A stretch of DNA of 64,000 nt from Laspinema olomoucense D3b (GTDB lineage Bacteria > Cyanobacteriota > Cyanobacteriia > Cyanobacteriales > Laspinemataceae): assembly GCF_025370785.1 (NCBI RefSeq), contig NZ_JAMXFA010000001.1, positions 235,902-299,901 of the forward strand, in the 5' to 3' direction. Of this stretch, positions 45,001 through 53,911 are shown piece by piece (position 1 is the stretch's first letter; each line of letters starts with the position of its first letter). A program made the translations under genes and the position numbers. The notes below the pieces were generated by a model that was not told the origin of the DNA, did no database searches, and saw only the letters and a list, made by a program, of their open reading frames with translations.

Positions 45001-46178
45001 AGCAACAAGCCCGCGATCGCGCCGAAAAAGCCAACCGACTCAAGGATGAATTTTTGGCGATCGTCTCTCATGAATTGCGAACTCCCCTCAACTCCATTCT
45101 CGGCTGGGCGCAATTGCTCCGTTCTCGCACTTTGAAGGAAGAGACACAACAAAAAGCCCTGGAAACCATCGAACGGAATGCTAAGCATCAGGTGAACCTG
45201 ATTGATGATATCCTCGATGTCTCCCGGATTGTTCGCGGGAAAATTCGCCTCAACCGAGTTCCTTTGTATTTGGAAACTCTGGTGGAACAAGCGATCGCCA
45301 CCCTGACTCCGGCAGCGGAAGCCAAATCCATTCAAATCCACACCCAGTTCAACTCAAACGGACAGCCCATTTTAGGGGATAGTAGCCGCCTCCATCAAGT
45401 GGTCTGGAATCTGCTCTCCAATGCCGTAAAATTCACCCCCAATGGCGGACGGGTGACGGTGGCGATCGAGCAGGTGGGCGATTACATCGAGTTTCGGGTG
45501 CAGGATACGGGGATGGGAATTAGTTCGGACTTCCTGCCTCACGTCTTTGAGGGCTTTCGCCAAGCCAACAGTTCCTCCACCCGTACCCACGGGGGTCTCG
45601 GTCTGGGCTTAACCATTGTGCGCTATTTGGTCGAACTGCATGGGGGAACCGTCCATGCTTTCAGCCAGGGAGAAGACACAGGTTCAACCTTTACCGTGGC
45701 CCTCCCTATCGGGGTCTCCCAGAACCTTCTTTTGGATCCCGATTCCCTGACTTGGGACAAAAAAACAATGGGGAACGGTTCCTTTAACCTCGCTGGTTTA
45801 CAGGTGCTGGTGGTGGATGACGATCGCGATACGGGAGAGCTGATTGCTCAAGTCTTAGGGGAATATGGAGTAAAGACGACGGTGGTTTTATCCGCTGCCG
45901 AAGCCCTAGCCGCCACCGAGCGATCGCGTCATGACATCTTGATTTCTGATATCGGAATGCCAGATGAAGATGGCTATGGTTTGATCCGCAAAATTCGCCA
46001 GCGCGAGGCGGGATACTCTAAGCCCATTCCGGCGATCGCCTTGACCGCTTTCGCTCGGGAAGAAGATCGTCAACAGGCCCTTTTAGCCGGATTTCATCTT
46101 CATGTTGCTAAACCTGTGGAACCCTTGAAATTAGCAACTGCCCTCGCCGAAATCGCCCAACAAACCGGCTTAATCTAA
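42072..46178 (+). CDS. hybrid sensor histidine kinase: N-terminal membrane domain (KdpD/DUF4118-like), ~5 PAS/PAC, GAF, HisKA, HATPase_c, receiver
   Basis: Repeated PAS-type segments (GQHFSCFYPPE..., RKDGTRFWV..., KDGTYYWVDTVIVP...) and a GAF-like region. H-box AIVSHELRTPLNSILGW, G-box GGLGLGLTIVRYLVELHGG, and a C-terminal receiver LQVLVVDDDRDTGE...DILISDIGMPDEDG...KP. Confidence 0.85.
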   Translation: MKISPSVLLRLFSKLPQLCYPRNQHSRPLLQFLHPLGIALISVTLATAVKSALAPLILRESPFLVYFAAIMASAWFGGTKAGLMATLGAGLASSYLFLSPLYPQIESSPGQTFRLILFLLEGSAIAIAIGSLQQKKEQCAQSARIAQRHLESFRRSEQQFQLLVEGIEDYGLYMLGPDGRVNSWNLGAKHLKGYAAEEIIGQHFSCFYPPEAVAQGQPERDLKQAVEQGRLEQEGERRRKDGTRFWVHEVITPLYDNQGNLYGFSKISRDITQSKQAEAALRASEQRFKTLAESTVEGILFYQGDRMIAVNPSLEKIFGYDPDELTGRPLAYIFTEETVELMLDDCRWIQEISSEAVGIKKDGTTVFLEAVIQPTLYLGRSGWMASVRDISARKRAEAELQQTLKELSDFQFALDKSAIVVTTDAKGTIQYANEKFSEISQYSQSELIGQNHRLVNSGYHPKEFFRNLWATISRGEVWRGEIKNRAKDGTYYWVDTVIVPFLDSHERPFQYLAIRYDITQRKQAEEALRDSEKRFRDMADTAPVLLWVADCQGQWTFLNKWGLNFIGALLEADPDLNHRDRIHPEEQVQCVLSYQQAVKTSQPFTQEYRLQRADGAYRWMLETGVPQLSPEGNLLGFIGSAIDITPLKEAEAERIQLLQLEQAARTQAEASEQYYRFLSEAIPQMVWTALPDGTLDYLSHRWSEYTGLSESELLGWGWEPIVHPDDMAECREKWTLCLENGQPYEIEARMRRGCDGAYRWHLGLAVPMRDPQGEIVKWFGTNTDIHERKQAQQERMELLEREKAARILSERATAMVHRLQAIVDVAIAPLSLHDLLQELLDRLTMVLEVDAAVILLTNEDRTALMVTATKGLDLDEPLSPSMPIPIGLGFAGKIAQTRQPMRIERDAHTQVISPLFRHKKIESIMGAPMLLQDRVLGVIHISTESPREFMAEDVYLLQLVADRVALAIDRANLYEAEQQARDRAEKANRLKDEFLAIVSHELRTPLNSILGWAQLLRSRTLKEETQQKALETIERNAKHQVNLIDDILDVSRIVRGKIRLNRVPLYLETLVEQAIATLTPAAEAKSIQIHTQFNSNGQPILGDSSRLHQVVWNLLSNAVKFTPNGGRVTVAIEQVGDYIEFRVQDTGMGISSDFLPHVFEGFRQANSSSTRTHGGLGLGLTIVRYLVELHGGTVHAFSQGEDTGSTFTVALPIGVSQNLLLDPDSLTWDKKTMGNGSFNLAGLQVLVVDDDRDTGELIAQVLGEYGVKTTVVLSAAEALAATERSRHDILISDIGMPDEDGYGLIRKIRQREAGYSKPIPAIALTAFAREEDRQQALLAGFHLHVAKPVEPLKLATALAEIAQQTGLI

Positions 46179-46436
46179 TCCCCGAATTTCAGATTTACGC
46201 TTGATCCTGAGAAGTTCTGAATGTTTCAAGGCTAGAATTGAACTGAGGGAAGCACGGTTTGCCGGACCCCTATTTTCTTAAAATTAGCCTCTCCCAATTT
46301 ACTCAGAATTAAAACCGATCCCTACGGTTTGAGTGTGGAAGATAATTTATGGGAGATCAGACTCCATAAATTTAACCCTTCTCAATTCCGAACACGCTTC
46401 GGAAAAAAATTCCTGATGTTCATGAATTAACCCCTT

Positions 46437-49400
46437 ATGAAACAATCTAATTTTAATCTGGCAACTTTCCATCCAGAGGCTGAGGGACAAGGATTAACAA
46501 AATCCCCCCAAACCCACAGTAGCCAGCCCCAAAAAATCTTATTAGGGAGGGGTATAATATTAAGCTTCCTGGCCCTCTTAACTCTCCTCCTATGGCCCGA
46601 CCTGCTGAGGAATCTCTTCGCCAAGGAGGGTTTTATCCCCCACGGCCATTGTTATCTGTGGAAGCCCTCCTTAGTCTGGCTTCATATTACCTCAGATAGC
46701 CTGATTGGGATATCCTATGTTGCCATATCTACCAGCCTTGCTTATTTCGTTTATAAAGCGCGGCGCAATATCCCCTTTCATTGGATGTTTTTGGCCTTCG
46801 GTGCCTTTATCATCGCTTGTAGCATGACCCATTTTCTAGCGGTATGGACCTTGTGGAATCCCACCTACTGGTTATCAGGAAATGTCAAATTGCTCACTGC
46901 CCTCGCCTCAGTTACCACAGCAATTTCTTTACCCCCGTTAATCCCCAGAGCGTTAAAATTATTGGACTCGGCTCAGATGTCTGAAGAACGCCGCTTGAAT
47001 CTGGAACGGGCAAACCAAGAACTGCAAGCGCTCTATCGTCAACTTAAGCAACTGGATGAACTCAAAAGCCAATTTTTCGCCAATGTCAGTCACGAATTGC
47101 GGACCCCCCTGGCGTTGATTTTAGGTCCGACTCAGAAGTTGATCGGCGATCGCCAACTTTTGGACGAACAACGCCGGGACTTGCTCGTAATCGAACGCAA
47201 TGCCCGAATGCTGCTCAAACAGGTTAATGATCTCCTGGATATCTCTAAGCTAGAAGCTGGCAAAATGGAACTCGCAGCAGTTCCTCTGGACTTAGCCAGT
47301 TTGATCCGCCAAGTAGCGGCGAACTTTGATGCATTAGCCTTTGAACGGGAGATTAACTTAACCGTCCAGACTCCGGAGTCCTTGGGGACCCAATTGGACC
47401 GCCAAAAAATCGAGCGGGTGGTTTTAAACTTACTCTCCAATGCGTTTAAGTTCACACCCCTGGGTGGCAAAATTGACTGTTCTCTCTCTCTAGCCGAGGG
47501 GGAGAATAAGCCGGTGACGATCGCCATCCAAGATAGTGGTCCAGGGGTCCCCCAGGAACGGCGGGAAACCATCTTTGAGCGGTTTAGCCAAATTGAAGGA
47601 GGGAGCACCCGTCGCTTTGGCGGGACTGGGTTGGGGTTGGCGATTGTCAAGGAATTTGTAGAACTTCATCAGGGAACTATTACGGTTGCGGATGCACCTC
47701 TAGGGGGGGCGATGTTTACCGTCCAGCTTCCGATGGAGGTTTTTCCAGATATCCCCAAGACGGCTTCAGAATCTTCCCTGTGGGATGATCTGGCAGAAGC
47801 GGCGATCGCGGAACTGAAGCTAGAAGTGGAGACATCTCCCCGGATTCTGGTCCCGAATGACCCTCGACCCCTGGTTTTAATTGTCGAAGACAACCCGGAA
47901 ATGAATCGCTTTGTCTGCGATATCTTGGGACGGGACTATCAAATTGCTACAGCGTTCAATGGGGAGCAAGGATTGGAACAGGCACTCACCCTCAATCCAG
48001 ATTTAATCATCAGTGATGTGATGATGCCAGAAATAGGGGGTGATCGCCTGGTGTCTTTATTACGCAGCAATCCCGATTTCGCCAATGTTTCAATTATCAT
48101 GTTGACGGCGAAAGATGATGATGATTTGCGGGTACAGTTATTGCGCGAAGGGGTGCAAGATTATCTGATGAAACCCTTTTCTGTGGAAGAACTGCGGGCG
48201 CGGGTGGGGAATGCGATCTCCATTAAACGGGTGCGGGATTTGTTACAGCAGGAGTTAACCTCTCAAAGCTCTGATGTAGAAGTCCTCGCCTCGGAACTGG
48301 CTTTCCATAAGCGCGAACTGGAAGCAGCGCTCATCCTCCAGCAGCAACAGTCGGAAGAATTAGTTAAAGCCAATCAAATCAAGGATGAGTTTTTATCGAT
48401 TGTTTCCCATGAACTTCGCACGCCCCTCAATTCGATTCTGGGCTGGACCCAGTTGCTTCGCACTCGCCAGCTCAATGAAACCACGAAGATAAAAGCATTA
48501 GAAACCATCGAGCGCAATGCCAAACAACAGGTTAATCTGATCGAGGATATCCTGGATGTTTCCCGGATCATTCGCGGTAAAATTCGCTTACAACTGCGTC
48601 CCGTTAATTTAATTCCTCTTGTGGAAGCTGCCCTGGATACGATGCTTCCCACGGCTGAAGCTAAGGGAATTCATATTGATTTCAACTTTGACCCGGCGAT
48701 CGCCTTGGTTTCGGGAGATAGCGATCGCTTGCAGCAAGTGGCTTGGAATTTATTGTCTAATGCGGTCAAGTTTACTCCTAGCGGAGGCTCAGTTTCCGTG
48801 GCGATCGCCCAGACGGATTCCTTTATTACCCTCCAGGTACAGGATACGGGAATTGGCATCAATCCAGACTTTCTCCCCCATATTTTTGACGGATTCCGCC
48901 AAGCGGATAGTTCTACAACTCGCGCCTATGGTGGATTAGGCTTGGGATTGACCATCGTCCGTCATCTAGTGGAACTCCACGGGGGCCAGGTCGAGGCTTT
49001 GAGTGAGGGCGAAGGCCAAGGAGCCACCTTGATTGTCCAGTTACCCATTCTGCCAAAACCGCCACAAGACGAGGGCGATGAGACTTCCTGTTCCCGGGAA
49101 GACAGTGTGTCGAGTGAACTGTGGGCCCTGGATGGGTTACAGGTGTTGGTGGTGGATGACGACCCGGATACAGGAGACTTAATGGAAGCGATGCTGACAG
49201 ATTATGGGGTGCGGGTTCGGGTTGTGACTTCGGTTTCCCAGGCGATCGCCCTGATGGACCAATTCAAATTTGATGTTTTAGTCAGCGATATTGGAATGCC
49301 TGGAGAAGACGGATATCACTTAATTCACCAAATCCGGCAGCATGAAGGTGACAGCAACAGTCATATTCCGGCGATCGCCCTGACGGCATTTGCCTCGGAG

Positions 49401-49508
49401 GAGGACCGTGCCCAATCCCTCCTAGCAGGCTTTCAAAAACACCTCTCTAAACCTGTAGAACCGGCCCAATTAGCTAAAGTCCTCGCTCAATTAGCCTCGA
49501 CCCTGTGA
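46437..49508 (+). CDS. hybrid histidine kinase with ethylene-binding-domain-like N-terminus and two tandem HisKA-HATPase-receiver modules
   Basis: TM region ITSDSLIGISYVAISTSLAYFV ... WMFLAFGAFIIACSMTHFLAVWTL ... VKLLTALASV aligns helix-by-helix with the Arabidopsis ETR1 ethylene-binding domain, including the Cu-ligand Cys and His (ACSMTH vs LCGATH). Then H-box1 NVSHELRTPLALILG, receiver1 LVLIVEDNPEM...ISDVMMPEIGG, H-box2 IVSHELRTPLNSILGW, and receiver2 LQVLVVDDDPDTG. Confidence 0.85.
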   Translation: MKQSNFNLATFHPEAEGQGLTKSPQTHSSQPQKILLGRGIILSFLALLTLLLWPDLLRNLFAKEGFIPHGHCYLWKPSLVWLHITSDSLIGISYVAISTSLAYFVYKARRNIPFHWMFLAFGAFIIACSMTHFLAVWTLWNPTYWLSGNVKLLTALASVTTAISLPPLIPRALKLLDSAQMSEERRLNLERANQELQALYRQLKQLDELKSQFFANVSHELRTPLALILGPTQKLIGDRQLLDEQRRDLLVIERNARMLLKQVNDLLDISKLEAGKMELAAVPLDLASLIRQVAANFDALAFEREINLTVQTPESLGTQLDRQKIERVVLNLLSNAFKFTPLGGKIDCSLSLAEGENKPVTIAIQDSGPGVPQERRETIFERFSQIEGGSTRRFGGTGLGLAIVKEFVELHQGTITVADAPLGGAMFTVQLPMEVFPDIPKTASESSLWDDLAEAAIAELKLEVETSPRILVPNDPRPLVLIVEDNPEMNRFVCDILGRDYQIATAFNGEQGLEQALTLNPDLIISDVMMPEIGGDRLVSLLRSNPDFANVSIIMLTAKDDDDLRVQLLREGVQDYLMKPFSVEELRARVGNAISIKRVRDLLQQELTSQSSDVEVLASELAFHKRELEAALILQQQQSEELVKANQIKDEFLSIVSHELRTPLNSILGWTQLLRTRQLNETTKIKALETIERNAKQQVNLIEDILDVSRIIRGKIRLQLRPVNLIPLVEAALDTMLPTAEAKGIHIDFNFDPAIALVSGDSDRLQQVAWNLLSNAVKFTPSGGSVSVAIAQTDSFITLQVQDTGIGINPDFLPHIFDGFRQADSSTTRAYGGLGLGLTIVRHLVELHGGQVEALSEGEGQGATLIVQLPILPKPPQDEGDETSCSREDSVSSELWALDGLQVLVVDDDPDTGDLMEAMLTDYGVRVRVVTSVSQAIALMDQFKFDVLVSDIGMPGEDGYHLIHQIRQHEGDSNSHIPAIALTAFASEEDRAQSLLAGFQKHLSKPVEPAQLAKVLAQLASTL

Positions 49509-49634
49509 AAGAGAACTTTGAAGATACCGCTATCCACCCTTCCCATTCAGAGTTAAGATCAGGGCATGAACAAATTGGGGCGGAAATGAAGCGGACCCAC
49601 TCTAAAGTGAGTTCCCTCAATCCAGGGTTAGAGC

Positions 49635-50045
49635 TTGACTGCCAATCCGATACCAGGACGCAAGGCAATGGCAAAAATTTTGATTGTTGATGACTCTACC
49701 CTTTCCCGGGGAATCTTGCGACGCATCCTCCAGACTGAAGGCCACTTGATTATTGAGGCCAAAGATGGATTGATGGGCATTGAGAGTTACTATATAGAGA
49801 AACCCGATCTTGTTTTACTGGATATAGCCATGCCAGATATGCAGGGAACCGAAGTGCTCGAAAAATTACGCGCCTTCGACGATCGCGCCCGCATCGTCAT
49901 GGCGACTGCTGACCTGCAAGAACTGACCCGGACTTCTGTGATGGCAGCCGGAGCAATGGGTTATCTGACTAAACCCTATAATCCCGAGGCGGTTCTGGAT
50001 ACTGTAAATCAGGTCCTCAAAGGAATCCCGGGAGGGGTAGGATGA
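49635..50045 (+). CDS. single-domain CheY-like response regulator
   Basis: KILIVDDSTLSRGIL...LVLLDIAMPDMQG...GAMGYLTKP. An alternative start lies at 49665 (MAKILIVDD). Confidence 0.8.
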   Translation: MTANPIPGRKAMAKILIVDDSTLSRGILRRILQTEGHLIIEAKDGLMGIESYYIEKPDLVLLDIAMPDMQGTEVLEKLRAFDDRARIVMATADLQELTRTSVMAAGAMGYLTKPYNPEAVLDTVNQVLKGIPGGVG

Positions 50046-50686
50046 AGCTGACAGAAGCCCAACAGGATGCCTTAAGCGAACTGCTGAATATGGGTTTCGC
50101 GCGTACGGCTGCGGCTCTCTCGGAACTGACAGGTCATCGGGTTTTACTAGAGGTTCCCCAGGTTTCCCTTCACCCCATTGAAGAACTCAGCGCTAAACTG
50201 GGTACGTTTATTAAAGGGGAAATTGCCACGGTCCAGCAAATTTTTACTGGACGGGTTTCGGGAAATGCCCTGTTATTGTTGAATTATGACGGCGCGGTGC
50301 AACTGACGGAGTTAGTGACTCCTGAACAGGCTCTCCATCGCGATCGCCTCGATGCCTCGGCGGCAGAAGTGCTGACGGAAATTGGCAATATTTTACTCAA
50401 CGCCTGTCTGAGCGTTTTCGGGAATTTGTTACAAATGCAAATCTCCTTTTCCGTTCCTCGTTTACATTTAGAAGCCTTAGATGGGTTACTGCATTCTCTG
50501 AGCATTGGTAAGGCGGAAATGCGTTATGCAATGGTGGTTTATACCGGGTTTCGGATGAAGGAAAATTCAATTCAGGGGTATTTAGTGATGGTATTGAGTG
50601 TGGTTTCTTTAGAAAAATTACTTGAAGAAATTGATACCTGGGCCAAGGCGGAAATAGAACCCCATAACGTTTCTTTTTCTTCATAA
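50042..50686 (+). CDS. CheC/CheX/FliY-family CheY-P phosphatase (two active-site repeats)
   Basis: Two exact occurrences of the CheC phosphatase motif spacing. Site 1 is D-ALS-E-LL-N followed by exactly 22 residues then P. Site 2 is E-IG-N followed by exactly 22 residues then P. The start overlaps the stop of the response regulator (ATGA). Confidence 0.7.
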   Translation: MKLTEAQQDALSELLNMGFARTAAALSELTGHRVLLEVPQVSLHPIEELSAKLGTFIKGEIATVQQIFTGRVSGNALLLLNYDGAVQLTELVTPEQALHRDRLDASAAEVLTEIGNILLNACLSVFGNLLQMQISFSVPRLHLEALDGLLHSLSIGKAEMRYAMVVYTGFRMKENSIQGYLVMVLSVVSLEKLLEEIDTWAKAEIEPHNVSFSS

Positions 50687-50723
50687 TGGAGTAATAGTTA
50701 GCTGTCAACAAGGGCTTAGTAAA

Positions 50724-53069
50724 ATGAGCAGTTTCACCGACCCTCCCACTTCTGATCAGGATCTCCTTCATTGGGTCAATGACTTAGCAGACCGAGGGAT
50801 ATTTACGACCGATGCAGAGTTGAATATCCAAAGTTGGAATCATTGGCTGGAACTTTATAGTGGGTTGAATGTGAATCGGGTGGTGGGTAGAAATTTACTC
50901 GAAATTTATCCGGAATTAAAGCACCGGCGATTAGATCGATTTTTTTACCAAGCTCTAGCGGGACAAGTCGCCCTCCTCTCTCAGCGCTTACATGGGTTTT
51001 TGTTACCGATGCTCCCGGGGGATGTTTATAAGGGAGTGCCTTATATGCTACAAAGTGCGAAAATTGCTCCCATTGTAGAAGCATCCCAGGTGATTGGCAC
51101 GATCGCCACCATTGAAGATGTCACAGAACGGGTCCTGCGGGAGTCAGAACTCCAACATCAAATTAAAGAATTAAAACGGACTGAATCAGCGCTGATGGCT
51201 ACCCAAACCCAGCTTCAATACTTGTTGTCCTCTAGTCCAGCGGTGATTTATACCTGCCCCCCTGATCACCCCTATTGTCCCACCTTTGTGAGTGAGAATA
51301 TTCTCGAACATTTGGGATATCGACCGGAAGAAATTTTAGGGGACTCTTCGTTTTGGCGCGATCGCATTCATCCGGATGATACACCGGAGCTATTCTCCAG
51401 CCTCAAACAGTTGTACCAGACGGGTTATTCCCTGAGTGAGTATCGGTTCCAGTATCCCGACGGCAGCTATCGATGGGTGCGGGATGAAATGAAGCTGATT
51501 TGCAAGGGAGAGAAGCAGGGTGAAGAAATTGTTGGGGCGTTATATGATATCACTGAGCGTAAACGCGCCGAAGAACAGGTGCGCCAGCAGGCAGCTCTCC
51601 TGGACGTTGCCACCGATGCAATTTGGGTCAAAGACCTTGAGCAAAATATTCTATTTTGGAATAAAGGGGCAGAAAAATTATACGGATGGACCCGCCAGGA
51701 AGCGATCGCCCAAACCAGCAGTCACCTTTTTGATGTTAAAAGCGCTGAAGAACTCAAAAGCGCTGAGCAAACGGTCCTCACCACTGGCGAATGGCACGGA
51801 GAGTTAGAACAAGTCACCAAAGCAGGTAGATCTATCATTGTTGCCAGTCGCCAGACCCTGGTGCGGGACGAGCGCGATCGCCCCTATTCCATCCTCGCGG
51901 TGAATACGGATATTACCGAGAAAAAACAGCTAGAAGCCCAGTTTTTGCGCGCCCAACGCCTGGAAAGTATCGGCACCTTAGCCAGTGGCATTGCCCATGA
52001 TTTAAACAACATTCTCACCCCTATTTTGGGGGCGGTGCAACTGCTCCAAATGTTCCCGTTAAACGCCCAGCAAATGCGCTTAATTTCTATGCTGGAAATT
52101 AATACCTTGCGCGGCGCGGACCTCCTCAAACAAGTGCTTTCATTTGCTAAAGGGTTAGATGGCGATCGCGCCCTGCTCCAACTCAAACACCTAATTGATG
52201 AAATTACGGCGATCGCCCGCGAAACTTTTCCCAAATCCATTGAAATTTCCACGGCGATCGACCCCAAACTCTGGTTAATTTCTGGGGACCCAACTCATCT
52301 CCATCAAATCCTGATGAATTTGTCCGTCAATGCTCGCGATGCCATGCCAAACGGCGGCATTTTATCCATTGAAGCGCAAAATATCATCCTCACCAAATCC
52401 GACTTAATCCTAGACCCCGAGGCTAAAGTTGGCTCTTATATTAAACTCACGGTTAGAGATACCGGAACCGGCATCTCTCCAGAAATTTTAGAGCGATTAT
52501 TTGAACCTTTTTTTACCACCAAAGGATTAGGAAAAGGCACAGGATTAGGATTGCCGACAGTTCGAGGCATCGTTAAAAATCATGGCGGGTTTTTATTGGT
52601 TTCTAGCCAAGTGGGTAAAGGCACCGCCTTTACCGTGTATTTGCCTGCAATTCAGGGAACTCAAGCTCTCATTTCAGAACCCACCGAACTCCCTTTTGGA
52701 GCAGGTGAGTTAATTTTAGTCGTAGATGATGAAGTTGCCATCTGCGAAATTGCCCAAGCTCTCCTGCAAAAATTTGGCTATAAAGTTTTAACTGCCGCTG
52801 ATGGTATGGAGGCCATTTCTCTCTACAGTCAACGGTCCTCAGAAATTGCTGTGGTAATTCTGGATATGATGATGCCATTAATGGATGGAGCACTCACTTT
52901 AAAAGCCCTCCAAAAAATTAATCCCTCGGTTAAAATTATAGCCGTGAGCGGACTCGTCAGCAATCTTCCCTTCTCAGAATCGGGAGAAAATAGTTCCCCA
53001 AGCTATTTATCCAAACCCTATAAAACCCGCGATTTATTACGCTTAATTAGAAAAATTATTGAACTTTAA
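50724..53069 (+). CDS. PAS/PAC-domain hybrid histidine kinase with C-terminal receiver
   Basis: H-box SGIAHDLNNILTPILG (PAS-kinase type), G-box GTGLGLPTVRGIVKNHGG, receiver LILVVDDEVAICE...VILDMMMPLMDG...SKP, and several PAS segments upstream. Confidence 0.85.
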   Translation: MSSFTDPPTSDQDLLHWVNDLADRGIFTTDAELNIQSWNHWLELYSGLNVNRVVGRNLLEIYPELKHRRLDRFFYQALAGQVALLSQRLHGFLLPMLPGDVYKGVPYMLQSAKIAPIVEASQVIGTIATIEDVTERVLRESELQHQIKELKRTESALMATQTQLQYLLSSSPAVIYTCPPDHPYCPTFVSENILEHLGYRPEEILGDSSFWRDRIHPDDTPELFSSLKQLYQTGYSLSEYRFQYPDGSYRWVRDEMKLICKGEKQGEEIVGALYDITERKRAEEQVRQQAALLDVATDAIWVKDLEQNILFWNKGAEKLYGWTRQEAIAQTSSHLFDVKSAEELKSAEQTVLTTGEWHGELEQVTKAGRSIIVASRQTLVRDERDRPYSILAVNTDITEKKQLEAQFLRAQRLESIGTLASGIAHDLNNILTPILGAVQLLQMFPLNAQQMRLISMLEINTLRGADLLKQVLSFAKGLDGDRALLQLKHLIDEITAIARETFPKSIEISTAIDPKLWLISGDPTHLHQILMNLSVNARDAMPNGGILSIEAQNIILTKSDLILDPEAKVGSYIKLTVRDTGTGISPEILERLFEPFFTTKGLGKGTGLGLPTVRGIVKNHGGFLLVSSQVGKGTAFTVYLPAIQGTQALISEPTELPFGAGELILVVDDEVAICEIAQALLQKFGYKVLTAADGMEAISLYSQRSSEIAVVILDMMMPLMDGALTLKALQKINPSVKIIAVSGLVSNLPFSESGENSSPSYLSKPYKTRDLLRLIRKIIEL

Positions 53070-53084
53070 TCCCCAATCCAGGTA

Positions 53085-53133
53085 TCAAAACCGGATTCAA
53101 TCGGAGAGATGAATCCGGTTTTGATACGCGGGT
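53085..53133. terminator. bidirectional hairpin between the convergent kinase and FMN-reductase genes
   Basis: atcaaaaccggattca / tgaatccggttttgat is a perfect 16-bp stem with a 10-nt loop, followed by gggttttta. Confidence 0.45.
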
Positions 53134-53143
53134 TTTTATCAAC

Positions 53144-53725
53144 TTAAGCGTTTAATTTGGTTAACATTTGTGCTACTGTTGCACCGATATTTTCCACCGC
53201 TTCTTGCTTTTGGGGGTCGTTTAATGTTCCCGATTCCGTAAAGGCTTCAAATGCTTGAGGAATGGCTATTTGATGGGGTACCACAACCATACTAATATTC
53301 GCCAGGATTTCGCGCAGTTGAGCTAAACCCCGTAATCCCCCCAAACCACCCGGAGAGGTACTCATAATTCCCACGAGTTTGCCTGAAAAAGCTGCCAGCA
53401 TGGGTTCCCCCGGCGCGGGACGAGATACCCAGTCGATCGCATTTTTGAGCAGGGGACTAATGGTGCTATTATACTCCGGAGAAGCAATCAACAAGCCTTG
53501 GTGAGCAAAGAATAGCGATTTCAACTCCTGAGCATAGGGTGGCATTCCCTCTGCTGCTTCTAAGTCTTGGTCAAACAGAGGCATGGGAAAATCTCGCAGG
53601 TCAATATAGGTGACCTCTGCACCGGCTTTTCTCGCGCCATTGGCTGCAATTTGGACGAGTTTTTTATTAAAAGACGCTTCGCGAGCGCTTCCGGCAAAGG
53701 CGAGAATTTTTGGGGGATTAGACAT
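53144..53725 (-). CDS. NAD(P)H-dependent FMN reductase family oxidoreductase
   Basis: MSNPPKILAFAGSAREASFNKKL...SPEYNSTISPLLKNAIDW is the flavodoxin-like FMN reductase signature. The track ORF extends to 53773, but the internal Met at 53725 fits the family N-terminus. Confidence 0.75.
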   Translation of the reverse strand: MSNPPKILAFAGSAREASFNKKLVQIAANGARKAGAEVTYIDLRDFPMPLFDQDLEAAEGMPPYAQELKSLFFAHQGLLIASPEYNSTISPLLKNAIDWVSRPAPGEPMLAAFSGKLVGIMSTSPGGLGGLRGLAQLREILANISMVVVPHQIAIPQAFEAFTESGTLNDPQKQEAVENIGATVAQMLTKLNA

Positions 53726-53911
53726 CGTTACTCCTACGGTTTTGAGTTCAAAAACGAATGATTCAAAAGGCACTTAGCCCAGAAGTCATCATAGCCCATT
53801 TGTAGGCCAAATCGGGGTGGGATTGAATGGTTCTGATTTGATTTTGCTCCCCGACTCATCCCTTACAAGAGTAAGTTTTTACGCTCAGGGGATTGGCCTC
53901 ACATTTAAAAT

